Below are positions 23,573 to 32,000 of a DNA stretch of 32,000 nt, one piece after another. The position numbers were made by a program, and so were the translations under genes. Positions within the stretch are counted from its first letter, which is position 1; every line of letters begins with the position of its first letter. The notes beneath the pieces were generated by a model. The model did not search any database and had not been told where the DNA came from. It was given only the letters and a program-made list of their open reading frames with translations. This DNA comes from Candidatus Nanopusillus acidilobi (GTDB taxonomy: Archaea; Nanobdellota; Nanobdellia; Nanobdellales; Nanobdellaceae): contig CP010514.1 in NCBI GenBank assembly GCA_001552015.1, forward strand, positions 540,001-572,000, given 5' to 3'.

Positions 23573-24781
23573 ATGTTTGAAATAAAACATAGAGATGGAG
23601 CTGGAAGAATAGGAATTATTAGATATAAAAATAAAAAATTAGAGACACCTCTACTTTTACCAGTTATAAATCCATATAAAAATATTTTACCAATAGATAT
23701 AATAAAAAAATATAGAATTAATGCAATAATTACAAATTCATATATTTTATATAGAAAAAAATTTGATGGAGATATACATAAATTCCTAAATTTTGATGGA
23801 ATTATTGAAACAGATTCTGGATCATATCAAATGTTACATTATAAAAAAGATTTAGAAATAACAAACAGAGAAATCATTGAATATCAAATAAGAATAAACT
23901 CTGATATATTAAACGTTCTAGACATACCTACAGATATTGATAAATCAAAAGAAGAAGCTGAAAAAGAATTAAATATTACAATTGAAAGAATAAGAGAAGG
24001 AATAGAATTAAAAGAAGATAAATTAATTAATGGAGCAATACAAGGTGGAATATATGTTGATTTAAGAAGAAAAGCTGCTGAATATGTAAAAAATTTAAAC
24101 GTAGATATATTTGCAATTGGTACTATTGTTCCATATATGATAAACTATAATTTTTACAAATTATTAGAATTAGCAATTGAACCAAAGATTTTATTACCAT
24201 TTAATAAACCTATTCATTTATTTGGAATGGGTCATACATTAATAATTCCACTATCAATATATTTAGGTTTTGATATATTTGATTCAGCTTCATATATATT
24301 ATTTGCTAAGGATAAGAGAATATTAACACCATATGGTACATTTAGATATGATGAAATAAAGGACTTTTATATTGAAACAAAAAACAATATATATCATATA
24401 GAAGAAATAAAAGATTATAGTAATGAAGAATTAATAAGAATATTAGCTGAACATAATTTATATAGTTTAATTAAAGAAATTGAAATTACAAAAGATGCGA
24501 TAAAGAATGAATATTTAACAGATTTAATATTAATTAAATCACATACCCACTATTCATTATATAAAGCAACAAAATTAATTTTAGAGAAATATTATAATTA
24601 TTTAAAATCTTTAGAACCAATAAGAAAAAGATCTGGAATATTTTATGGAGGGGAATTAAATGAAATTAGAGTAGATGTTAAAAGAGCATTAGAAAGAATA
24701 AATGAAAGGGTTGATAAAAGGGATATTGAAGATATATTTGATTATGTATATCCATTTAATTCATTTAAAAATGTAAAATGA
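23573..24781 (+). CDS. tgtA: Archaeosine tRNA-guanine transglycosylase (ArcTGT), catalytic TIM-barrel part only
   Basis: MFEIKHRDGAGRIGIIRYKNKKLETPLLLPVINP, ETDSGSYQ (catalytic Asp block), LFGMGH, DIFDSASY, AEHNLYSL. At 402 aa it has no PUA/C-terminal domains and contains no cysteine. Confidence 0.85.
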   Translation: MFEIKHRDGAGRIGIIRYKNKKLETPLLLPVINPYKNILPIDIIKKYRINAIITNSYILYRKKFDGDIHKFLNFDGIIETDSGSYQMLHYKKDLEITNREIIEYQIRINSDILNVLDIPTDIDKSKEEAEKELNITIERIREGIELKEDKLINGAIQGGIYVDLRRKAAEYVKNLNVDIFAIGTIVPYMINYNFYKLLELAIEPKILLPFNKPIHLFGMGHTLIIPLSIYLGFDIFDSASYILFAKDKRILTPYGTFRYDEIKDFYIETKNNIYHIEEIKDYSNEELIRILAEHNLYSLIKEIEITKDAIKNEYLTDLILIKSHTHYSLYKATKLILEKYYNYLKSLEPIRKRSGIFYGGELNEIRVDVKRALERINERVDKRDIEDIFDYVYPFNSFKNVK

Positions 24782-25275
24782 ATATATATGAAAAATTAAC
24801 AAAAAGAGAAATTAGAAATTCAAAAAAATTCAAAAGAAATTCAAACATAAATATAATTGCATTAGAATCAAATACAAAAGATTTTGTCTTGGATATAATA
24901 GAAAAAATAGATAGAAAATACAATATGGGATTTAAAATTAATTTAAATATATATAAAAAAATTGAAGAAATTGAAATAAAAGAAAACTCAATATTAATAT
25001 TGCCAATAGAAGGTGTATTTTTATCTTTTTTATTATATAATTATAAAAAAGAGGAAAAATATAAATATTTAATACAAAAGAAGAATAAATATTTTTATAA
25101 TATTGGATATAATATTTCAGAATACTATATATCAAAATATCTAAATAAAGAACCCTATATATTTACAAATTATAAAGATATGCTAAATTTTATATATGAA
25201 ATAATCTCTATGAAAGAAAAATATGTCTTTGGAATAAAAAATATCTTGGACTACCTTTCAAAATATTATTTATAA
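24778..25275 (+). CDS. Hypothetical protein (165 aa), translationally coupled to tgtA
   Basis: ATGA overlap with the tgtA stop. K/N/I/Y-rich with no motif I recognise. Confidence 0.5.
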   Translation: MNIYEKLTKREIRNSKKFKRNSNINIIALESNTKDFVLDIIEKIDRKYNMGFKINLNIYKKIEEIEIKENSILILPIEGVFLSFLLYNYKKEEKYKYLIQKKNKYFYNIGYNISEYYISKYLNKEPYIFTNYKDMLNFIYEIISMKEKYVFGIKNILDYLSKYYL

Positions 25276-25278
25276 AAA
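25269..25278 (+). promoter_or_regulatory. TATA box (TTTATAAAAA) for rps19
   Basis: Centred 26 nt upstream of the ATG at 25299. It overlaps the stop codon region of the preceding ORF. Confidence 0.45.
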
Positions 25279-25298
25279 TTATACATTAAATATAAATA

Positions 25299-25709
25299 AT
25301 GCCAGAATTCATGATTAGAGGATATACATTGGATCAATTAAAAAGCATGAGTATTGAAGAATTTGCACAAAAAGTTGCAGATAGTAGAGTAAAAAGAACA
25401 TTATTAAGAAGATTAAAAATTGGATTTCCACCAGAATGGGAAAATTTCTATAGAAAATGTTATTTACAATTACAAGGAAAATATAATAAAACAGTAAAAA
25501 CACATTCAAGGGAAATTATTATATTACCTTCAATTGTTGGTGCAAAAGTTGGAGTATATAGTGGAAAAGAATTTGTTGAATTCGAAATAAAACCAGAAAT
25601 GATAGGAAGAAGACTGGGAGACTTTGTTCATTCAACAAAGAAAGTTCAACACTCTGCGCCAGGTATCGGAGCTTCTAAATCTTCTAAGTTTATGAAAGCA
25701 AAGAAATAG
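25299..25709 (+). CDS. rps19p: Ribosomal protein S19 (uS19)
   Basis: KTHSREIIILPSIVGAKVGVYSGKEFVEFEIKPEMIGRRLGDFVHSTKKVQHSAPGIG is the canonical uS19 core. It stands alone rather than in an L2-S19-L22-S3 cluster. Confidence 0.93.
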   Translation: MPEFMIRGYTLDQLKSMSIEEFAQKVADSRVKRTLLRRLKIGFPPEWENFYRKCYLQLQGKYNKTVKTHSREIIILPSIVGAKVGVYSGKEFVEFEIKPEMIGRRLGDFVHSTKKVQHSAPGIGASKSSKFMKAKK

Positions 25710-25711
25710 TT

Positions 25712-26536
25712 TTACATATTTATATTTATTAAAAACATACCTTTTGGAACAAATGGAAGTACAATATTAAATAATATTATAACCATAAATAGAAATATTG
25801 CTACATATTTTGCTCCAGCTTTATATGAATCATCATACATCTTTCCCATAGACAATCCAGCAAAAACTGCCTGAATTATTGACATATAATACATTAGATC
25901 ATTAATAAAATTAAAATTAACATTCGATACTTGTCCAGGTAATGAAATTTGTAAGAATGGTAATAAAAATACTTGAAATGTAAATACTATACCTAAGAAA
26001 AAGGCAAATACAATATATGAATGAATTATATTTTCATGTATTTCCGCCTTTTTATCTTCTTTTATTTTTCTAATCTCCATTATACTATTTATAATTGCTT
26101 CCAAACCTTGTTCAAGATTTCCTCCTTCTTTATATATATCTATTAAAGATTGTATTGTTCTCTTAATCATTCTATTATTACTTTCCTCCGCAAATTGCGT
26201 AAATGAATCTTCAATACTTACACCCCAATCAATTCTTGAGGATAAATTTTTTATCAATTCATTAATTCTTCCATAATCATTTTTTTCCAATTGTTTTAAT
26301 GCAATTGGTAGTGATAATCCAGATTTCAATAATCCAATTAAATCAATTGAAAATCTAATAAATTGTTCCTCTTTTTCTTTTTCTATATTATTAACAATTG
26401 TTTGATAAATTAAATAAGGAAATATACCAACTATTATCCCAGTTACAATTGAATTTAAAATGCCAAAATTAAATACAAAATAAAATAGAAATACAAGAAT
26501 TATTATAATAAATATATCAATTATTTCTTCCTTCAT
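25712..26536 (-). CDS. T2SS-F-domain platform membrane protein, second half of a split FlaJ/PilC/TadC-like pair
   Basis: 274 aa: TM pair, then a cytoplasmic T2SS-F-like helical domain (LPIALKQLEKNDYGRINELIKNLSSRIDWGVSIEDSFTQFAEESNNRMIKRTIQSLIDIYKEGGNL), then further TM helices. The start overlaps the stop of the upstream ORF (ATGA). Confidence 0.7.
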   Translation of the reverse strand: MKEEIIDIFIIIILVFLFYFVFNFGILNSIVTGIIVGIFPYLIYQTIVNNIEKEKEEQFIRFSIDLIGLLKSGLSLPIALKQLEKNDYGRINELIKNLSSRIDWGVSIEDSFTQFAEESNNRMIKRTIQSLIDIYKEGGNLEQGLEAIINSIMEIRKIKEDKKAEIHENIIHSYIVFAFFLGIVFTFQVFLLPFLQISLPGQVSNVNFNFINDLMYYMSIIQAVFAGLSMGKMYDDSYKAGAKYVAIFLFMVIILFNIVLPFVPKGMFLININM

Positions 26537-27912
26537 TCTTTTGTTAATTTATCAAATAGAATTATAAAGCCAATATTAATAACAGGTAATCCTATATATG
26601 TAATTATTTCTAATATTCCCTGAATATTTATATTGTATGTTTGCTGTAATATTGATAATAACATTACTCCAACAGATATTATTATCATTGGAATTGTTAA
26701 TACCATTCCAACATATAGATCGGAAAATGTCTTCATTACCTGATTAATTTTCTTTAAAAAAGAATTATATCTAATCATTTCTTGTTGAGAGTATAATATT
26801 AGAAATTCTGATATCTTTCTTCCAGATGTAATTGTTAATATTAGTTCTTCCAGAAAATCTTTTAGATCTTTTGATAATGTATCATCAGCAACAGATCTTA
26901 ATGATTCTACCAATCCTTCTCCCAAATTTATTTTATCATATATTTTTTTAAATTCTTTTGATAAATATCCGTATTCTTCAGTTTCACTTATTATTTTTAT
27001 TATATACTTTACTTCTATCCCAGCATCTGCTAATGATGCCATATGTATTATAGCAAATGGCAAATTTCTATTTATATCTTCTATAATACTCTGTTTTTTA
27101 TAATTGAAATATAAAACAAGTAATCCTATCACAGATAAAAAAGATAATACACCATAGATTAAATAGAAAATATTTAGAAGATATAATGAAATAAAGATTG
27201 AAATAATAATAATAATTGATAAGAATAATAATATAACAGATAATAATTCATCAGGTTCTATATTATAATACGCTTCCTTTAATGAGTATTTTAAATAGAA
27301 ATATAATCTTGGACTATTATTTAAAATTCTTCTAGATAAACCTCCAAATACTTTATATGAAAATCTAATTAACATATCCTTAATTTCTTGATAATAATCT
27401 ATTCTATGCTCTTCAGTTAATTTTAATTTAACTTTTTGTTTTTTCTTTTTTTCTTCCCTTTTTCTAAATAATATACTTGATGCTTCAATAAATCTTTTAC
27501 CAATCTTTATTTCTTCTTTCTTAAATATTTCTGGATAAACTTGATTAATATAATTTATTGTATCATTTATCTTCATTTGATAATATTGAATATTTTTATT
27601 TTCTTCTTCACTTTTTTCTTCTATATTCTTTAGAAATTCTATTACTTTTTGACTATTATTAATTAAATTAATTAAATCATATAATATTAAATATTTTGAT
27701 CTTTCTAAATATTTTATTTTCTTTTCAATTATTGTTATCCTTCTTTTATATTCTTTTTCATCAAAATATCCATCTAAATATAATTTACGAAAATACTTCT
27801 TCATTTCTTCATTTCTCTTTATTTCTTTTACAATATTTTTTAATTTATTAACATATCTTTCTATTTCTTCTATATCCCTTTCCAAGTTTATTAGAACATT
27901 TTTATTAATCAT
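26533..27912 (-). CDS. T2SS-F-domain platform membrane protein, first half, with a ~160-aa N-terminal coiled-coil extension
   Basis: 459 aa: K/E-rich coiled coil, TM pair, T2SS-F-like domain (LPFAIIHMASLADAGIEVKYIIKIISE..YGYLSKEFKKIYDKINLGEGLVESLRSVADDT.SKDLKDFLEELILTITSGRKISEFL), and a C-terminal TM. Confidence 0.7.
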   Translation of the reverse strand: MINKNVLINLERDIEEIERYVNKLKNIVKEIKRNEEMKKYFRKLYLDGYFDEKEYKRRITIIEKKIKYLERSKYLILYDLINLINNSQKVIEFLKNIEEKSEEENKNIQYYQMKINDTINYINQVYPEIFKKEEIKIGKRFIEASSILFRKREEKKKKQKVKLKLTEEHRIDYYQEIKDMLIRFSYKVFGGLSRRILNNSPRLYFYLKYSLKEAYYNIEPDELLSVILLFLSIIIIISIFISLYLLNIFYLIYGVLSFLSVIGLLVLYFNYKKQSIIEDINRNLPFAIIHMASLADAGIEVKYIIKIISETEEYGYLSKEFKKIYDKINLGEGLVESLRSVADDTLSKDLKDFLEELILTITSGRKISEFLILYSQQEMIRYNSFLKKINQVMKTFSDLYVGMVLTIPMIIISVGVMLLSILQQTYNINIQGILEIITYIGLPVINIGFIILFDKLTKE

Positions 27913-27954
27913 TATGAATAGTTTATATATTCTGGAGTATATTAATCTTTTATC

Positions 27955-29448
27955 ATGATAAACATTAAATTTATTAATGATATAAGAATAAATGTACCTA
28001 AAAACAAATTTGAAACAAATATAACTTATCCAATTATAGAACCATTTTCATATGCACATATATATTTTGATAGGAGTACATATGATCTTGTTTATGAAAT
28101 AATAGAACCAAAATTAACTGAAAATGAAGAAAAAATATATAAAAATGTAATTTTTTATATTGAAAAATTATTATATATTAAATTATCAGAAATTAATAAT
28201 TTAAATGATGCTATAAATTATTTACAAAGATTATATGATTTTGTATTAAATGATTTGGGAATACAATTAGGTCAATCTTCATATGAAAAAATATTTTATT
28301 ATATTTTTAGGGATCTTTATGGATATAATAAGGTAGATTCTTTATTAAGAGATCCATTAATTGAAGATATTGAATGCTCTGGTCCAAATTATCCAATATT
28401 TGTTGTTCATAGATATTTTGGAAATTTAAAGACAAATATAGTTTTAAATGATAAAGAAATTAGAGATTTAATTGAAAAATTTGCATTAAGGGCTGGAAAA
28501 CATATATCATATGCAGAACCAATTCTAGATGCAACATTACCAGATGGATCAAGAGTAAATGCAACATATTCACAGGAAATTACTACACATGGTCCAACAT
28601 TTACAATAAGAAAATTTAGGGAAATTCCATGGACTCCAATAGAATTGATAAGATTAGGAAGCGCAACTCCGGAGATATTTGCATATCTATGGTTAGCAGT
28701 AGAATTTAGAAAAAATATAATCGTAATAGGAGGTACTGCTTCTGGAAAAACAACAATGCTAAATGCAATATCAATGTTTATACCACCAAATGCTAGGATT
28801 GTTTCAATTGAAGATACAAGAGAAATAAAATTATATCATCCAAACTGGATTCCTTCCGTAGTAAAATATTCTTCTGATAAAAATAGGGAAATTGATATGT
28901 TTGAATTATTAAGAATGTCTTTTAGACAAAGACCAGATTATGTAATTGTTGGAGAAGTAAGAGGAGAGGAAGCATATGTAATGTTCCAGGGTATGGCTTC
29001 TGGTCATTCCTCTTTATCAACAATGCATGCTGAAAGTACAAAAGCATTAATAAGTAGATTAACAACACCTCCAATAAATTTATCTCCATCATTAATTGAA
29101 TTATTAAATGTTGTTGTAATAATGCAACATGATAATTTTCTTGGAACAAATCTAAGAAGAATTAAAGAAGTTAATGAAATTATAAAATATAATAGATTTA
29201 ATATTGCATATAGATGGAATCCTTTTAAAAGAGAATATTTAGAAAATCCTAAAAAATATTTATTTAGATTAATTGAAAATGATTATGGAATAAGATATAA
29301 AGAATTGTATGAAGAATATATTACAAGAGTAAAATTATTATATAGGTTATCTGAACTAAATATTTCAGATTTTCAAACATTTAGTAAAATTATACAAATG
29401 TATTATTATAATAAAGAGAATGTTTTGAGATATTATAATATTGAATAA
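27955..29448 (+). CDS. Type II/IV secretion family ATPase (FlaI/ArlI / PilB / VirB11-like)
   Basis: IEDIECSGPNYPIFVVHRYFGNLKTNI, Walker A GGTASGKTTMLNA, Asp box/Walker B RQRPDYVIVGEVRGEEA, His box SLSTMHA. It is divergently transcribed from the platform genes. Confidence 0.9.
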   Translation: MINIKFINDIRINVPKNKFETNITYPIIEPFSYAHIYFDRSTYDLVYEIIEPKLTENEEKIYKNVIFYIEKLLYIKLSEINNLNDAINYLQRLYDFVLNDLGIQLGQSSYEKIFYYIFRDLYGYNKVDSLLRDPLIEDIECSGPNYPIFVVHRYFGNLKTNIVLNDKEIRDLIEKFALRAGKHISYAEPILDATLPDGSRVNATYSQEITTHGPTFTIRKFREIPWTPIELIRLGSATPEIFAYLWLAVEFRKNIIVIGGTASGKTTMLNAISMFIPPNARIVSIEDTREIKLYHPNWIPSVVKYSSDKNREIDMFELLRMSFRQRPDYVIVGEVRGEEAYVMFQGMASGHSSLSTMHAESTKALISRLTTPPINLSPSLIELLNVVVIMQHDNFLGTNLRRIKEVNEIIKYNRFNIAYRWNPFKREYLENPKKYLFRLIENDYGIRYKELYEEYITRVKLLYRLSELNISDFQTFSKIIQMYYYNKENVLRYYNIE

Positions 29449-29464
29449 AATTTGGGGTCGAGGG

Positions 29465-32000
29465 AATATATAGTCTCACGGGAACTTCAAGCGGTCGGCT
29501 GAACTCCTTTTCGGAGCTTACACCGCCGCTCTGAGTCGGATCTTTTATCCGACCCCTTAACGGCTGCCTATTTTTGAGGAGGGCTTCACCCTTAGATGCT
29601 TTCAGGGCTTATCCCCTAGGGCGTAGCTACCGGGCATGCCCTTCACGGACAGCCCGTATACCAGAGGCCCCGGCCCACCGTTCCTTTCGTACTAGGTGGA
29701 CCTTCCCCTCAGGCAGCCAGCACTTCCGACAGTTATAACCGAACTGCCTCGCGGCGTTCTGAACCCATCTCACGATCCCCTTTAATGGGTGGACACCCCC
29801 ACCCTTGGCGGCTTCTGCACCACCAGGATGGGGAGAGACGACATCGATGTCGCAAACCGCGGGGTCAATGGGGGCTCTCGCCCGCGACGGCGCTGTTACC
29901 CCCGGAGTAGCTTTTCCGCCAGCCCGTACCCCCACTAGGGAGAGTACGGGGTTCGCTAGGCCCGGGTTTCCCCCCTGTGCCCCTTGATGGTCAGGGCACA
30001 GTCAAGCCAGCTTTTGGCCTTGTCCTCTACGGCGGATTCCTGACCCGCCTGAGCTGACCTTATGGACCCTGCCGATACCTTTTCGGCAGGGTGCCGCCCC
30101 AGCCAAACCGCCCACCTGCTGCTGTCCCCCTTCGGGTTAGCCCTGAAGAACCTAGAGGCGGGTGTTTCATCGTCGCATCCTTCCTACCTAGCGGCAGGAA
30201 TTCATTGCTCCCCGCTACCCTACACACCAGGTTCTTCAGAGCAACAACAGGCTACGGTTAAGCTTCACGGGGTCCTTCTTACCCATCGGAAGTCCCTGGC
30301 CTTCTCACCAGGATAGCTTTTCAGGGGGCGCCGGCCCGGGACAGTGACGGGCTAGTTACGTCGTTCGCAGAGCCAGCATTTAACTGGCAAGGCATTACGC
30401 TACCTTAAGAGGGTCAGAGTTACCCCCGCCGTTTACCGGTCCTTACCCCCCTTGAACGGGGGATTCAGATACCGGTGCTGAGCAGACGTCACCCCCAGTA
30501 CAAACCCTTTCGGGCTTGCTGGGAGCTATGTTTTTGGTAAACAGTCCGCCCGCCCTTGTCACTGCGACCTGCGGTCCACACCGCAGGCATCCCTTCTCCC
30601 GAAGTTACGGGACCAATTTGCCAAGTTCCCTAGACCGGCTTGACCCCCACGGCCTTAGGCTGCTCACCCAGGGGACCTATTCTGGACTTCGGTACGATCG
30701 CCCCGAATCGCATCCTTTCCCTTTTCATTGCCGGAAGGCCTCAGCATAACCCTTTCGGGCCCATCAGGGTTTAGACCGGTTCTCGCCATGACGGCACTCC
30801 CCGGTCTTATCCCCCTTAGCACAGTAAGTGGGTTTTACCCCACCCCCGTGTATGCCTAGCCTTCCAGGTCGGGAAAGGATGTTGCGTTACCGCATCTATC
30901 GGGGCGGTAGGGGAATATTAACCCCTTTCCCTTTCTCCAGACTCCTCTCGGAGCCTGGATTAGGATCGACTAACCCCAGGCTGATCTTCATTGCCTGGGA
31001 AACCTTTCCCCCTTCGGCCGACGGGATTCTCACCCGTCTGATTCTTACTACCGCGGGGATCTGCATTCCCAACGGCTCCAGGCTTCCTTTCGGGAACCCT
31101 TCTAGGCCATCGGGACGCCCGCCTACCTCACGCTGGCAATGCCAGCGGACCGAGGTCTCGGCGGCTGGCTTAGACCCGTCCGTTTTCGGAGCCTATCCCC
31201 TCGTCGGGTGAGTTGTTACACACTCCTTAGATGATAGCCACTATTAGGCCCACATCCCCGATGTCTTAGGGGACAGACTCCTTCAACGTCGTTCAGCCAG
31301 CACTTTGGGGCCTTAACCTCGGTCTCGGTTGTTCCCGTCTCGGAATTGCGGCTTTCCCGCAATTCCCGTTTCCCGGGCTACGGACCCTATGGCTTCGGAG
31401 TTGGACTCCATACGGAAACCCGTACAGAATCCGTCTCTCTACACCATAGGGATCCTAACCCGAGACCTGGCTAGGGTCAGTTTCGGCGGGGACCGGCTAT
31501 GACCGGGCCCGAGTGGCTTTTCACCTCTACCCCGAGGTCATGAGAGAGGTAAGCCCCACCTCTTCGGGCCTCCACGGGAAACCCCGCTTCGCCCTGCCCC
31601 GGGATAGATCGCCCGGTTTCCGGTCATACCCGAGTGACTAAACCGCCCTTATGGGACGGTGCCCCTCACCTGGAAACCAGGTTACGGGCTTTCGGTTTCC
31701 CTATGGCTTCGGTATAAACCTTAACCTCGCCACTCGGGTATACTCCCCCGCAAGTTCTTCAAAACTCACGGTAGAACTAGCTAGCACCTTATCTGGTACT
31801 CACCCGTCACCAGATTTTCCCAGATAAGGTGCTTAACTAGCCCTACCAGACAATCCCCGCCCGGTTTCAGGCTCTTTTCACCCCCTACCAAGGGTTCTTT
31901 TCACCTTTCGGTCGCCCTACTAATACGCTATCGGACTCGGAAAGTATTTAGCCTTGGTGACTAGTTTCCCCCAAATTCCCGACGGAAATTCAACCGCCGG
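29465..32000 (-). rRNA. rrl: 23S (LSU) rRNA, 3' ~2.5 kb (the 5' end lies beyond the window)
   Basis: The minus strand contains CUGAAAGCAUCUAAG (revcomp of 29593-29607), the sarcin-ricin loop region (29680-29693), PTC segments (GGGGGUAACAG.., GAUGUCG.., UGGGUUCAGAACG..CAGUUCGG), and H69-H71 (..GUAACUCUGACCCUCUUAAGGUAGCG..). The 3' end is estimated from alignment to ..CCGUGAGGCUUAACCUU. Confidence 0.95.

Noticed and set aside
29627-31211. ORF-track entries inside the 23S region (29627..29935, 29805..29987, 30062..30316, 30516..30749, 30828..31211)
   Set aside because: The reasoning is the same: they overlap conserved 23S elements (SRL, PTC, H69) and have GC-rich nonsense composition.
29465-32000. 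Possible intron, homing-endonuclease insertion or AT-rich expansion in the 23S rRNA
   Set aside because: The visible 2.5 kb is uniformly GC-rich, and conserved segments follow each other at roughly the expected spacing. The long inverted repeat at ~31775-31845 looks like an ordinary rRNA helix. I could not do a full alignment, so small insertions are not excluded.

Overview
This is a tightly packed, extremely AT-rich archaeal chromosome segment. The only GC-rich stretches are a complete 16S rRNA gene (+, ~22034-23525), the 3' ~2.5 kb of a 23S rRNA gene (-, ~29465 to the window end) and a ~105-nt intergenic island (4801-4905). Several features point, by inference, to a thermophilic, genome-reduced DPANN archaeon of the Nanoarchaeota type: the AT-rich genome with GC-rich rRNA, substitutions inside 'universal' 16S primer sites, unlinked and oppositely oriented 16S and 23S genes, scattered ribosomal protein genes (uS19, eL33/L35Ae, eL41), and several truncated or split genes (Lhr-core helicase, cysteine-free ArcTGT catalytic half, NFACT-R half, two-gene FlaJ/PilC-like platform). 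Recognisable coding content: aEF-2; a CDGSH mini-protein; a Dph6-type diphthine-ammonia ligase translationally coupled to a GATase-like protein; a large repeat-containing S-layer-like surface protein; a Cas4-family nuclease; two tandem single-cluster ferredoxins followed by three tandem paralogous membrane proteins; a CBS protein; exosome subunits Rrp4 and Rrp41; two paralogous signal-peptide/TM/coiled-coil proteins; Lhr-core helicase plus a metallophosphoesterase; a large fused NTase(MNT)-HEPN-like protein next to a HIT-fold protein with a degenerate histidine triad; and a FlaI/PilB-type ATPase divergent from a split platform protein. The strongest hunt results are as follows. (1) An unannotated H/ACA-like guide RNA at 4801-4855 has a pocket complementary to the helix-69 loop of the 23S rRNA in this window, and a C/D-box-like module abuts it. 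(2) A ~93% identical relic of the rrp41 3' end lies 1.47 kb downstream of the real one and brackets one of two highly diverged paralogous membrane-protein genes. (3) The 16S 3' end lacks the CCUCC anti-Shine-Dalgarno sequence, and TATA boxes sit ~26 nt upstream of start codons, which implies leaderless mRNAs. (4) Three gene pairings may be undescribed functional modules: Dph6+GATase near EF-2, HIT-like+MNT-HEPN, and the ferredoxin x2 + membrane paralog x3 operon. No CRISPR array, tRNA gene or recognisable mobile element was seen. All functional calls rest on motif recognition by eye; no database searches were run.
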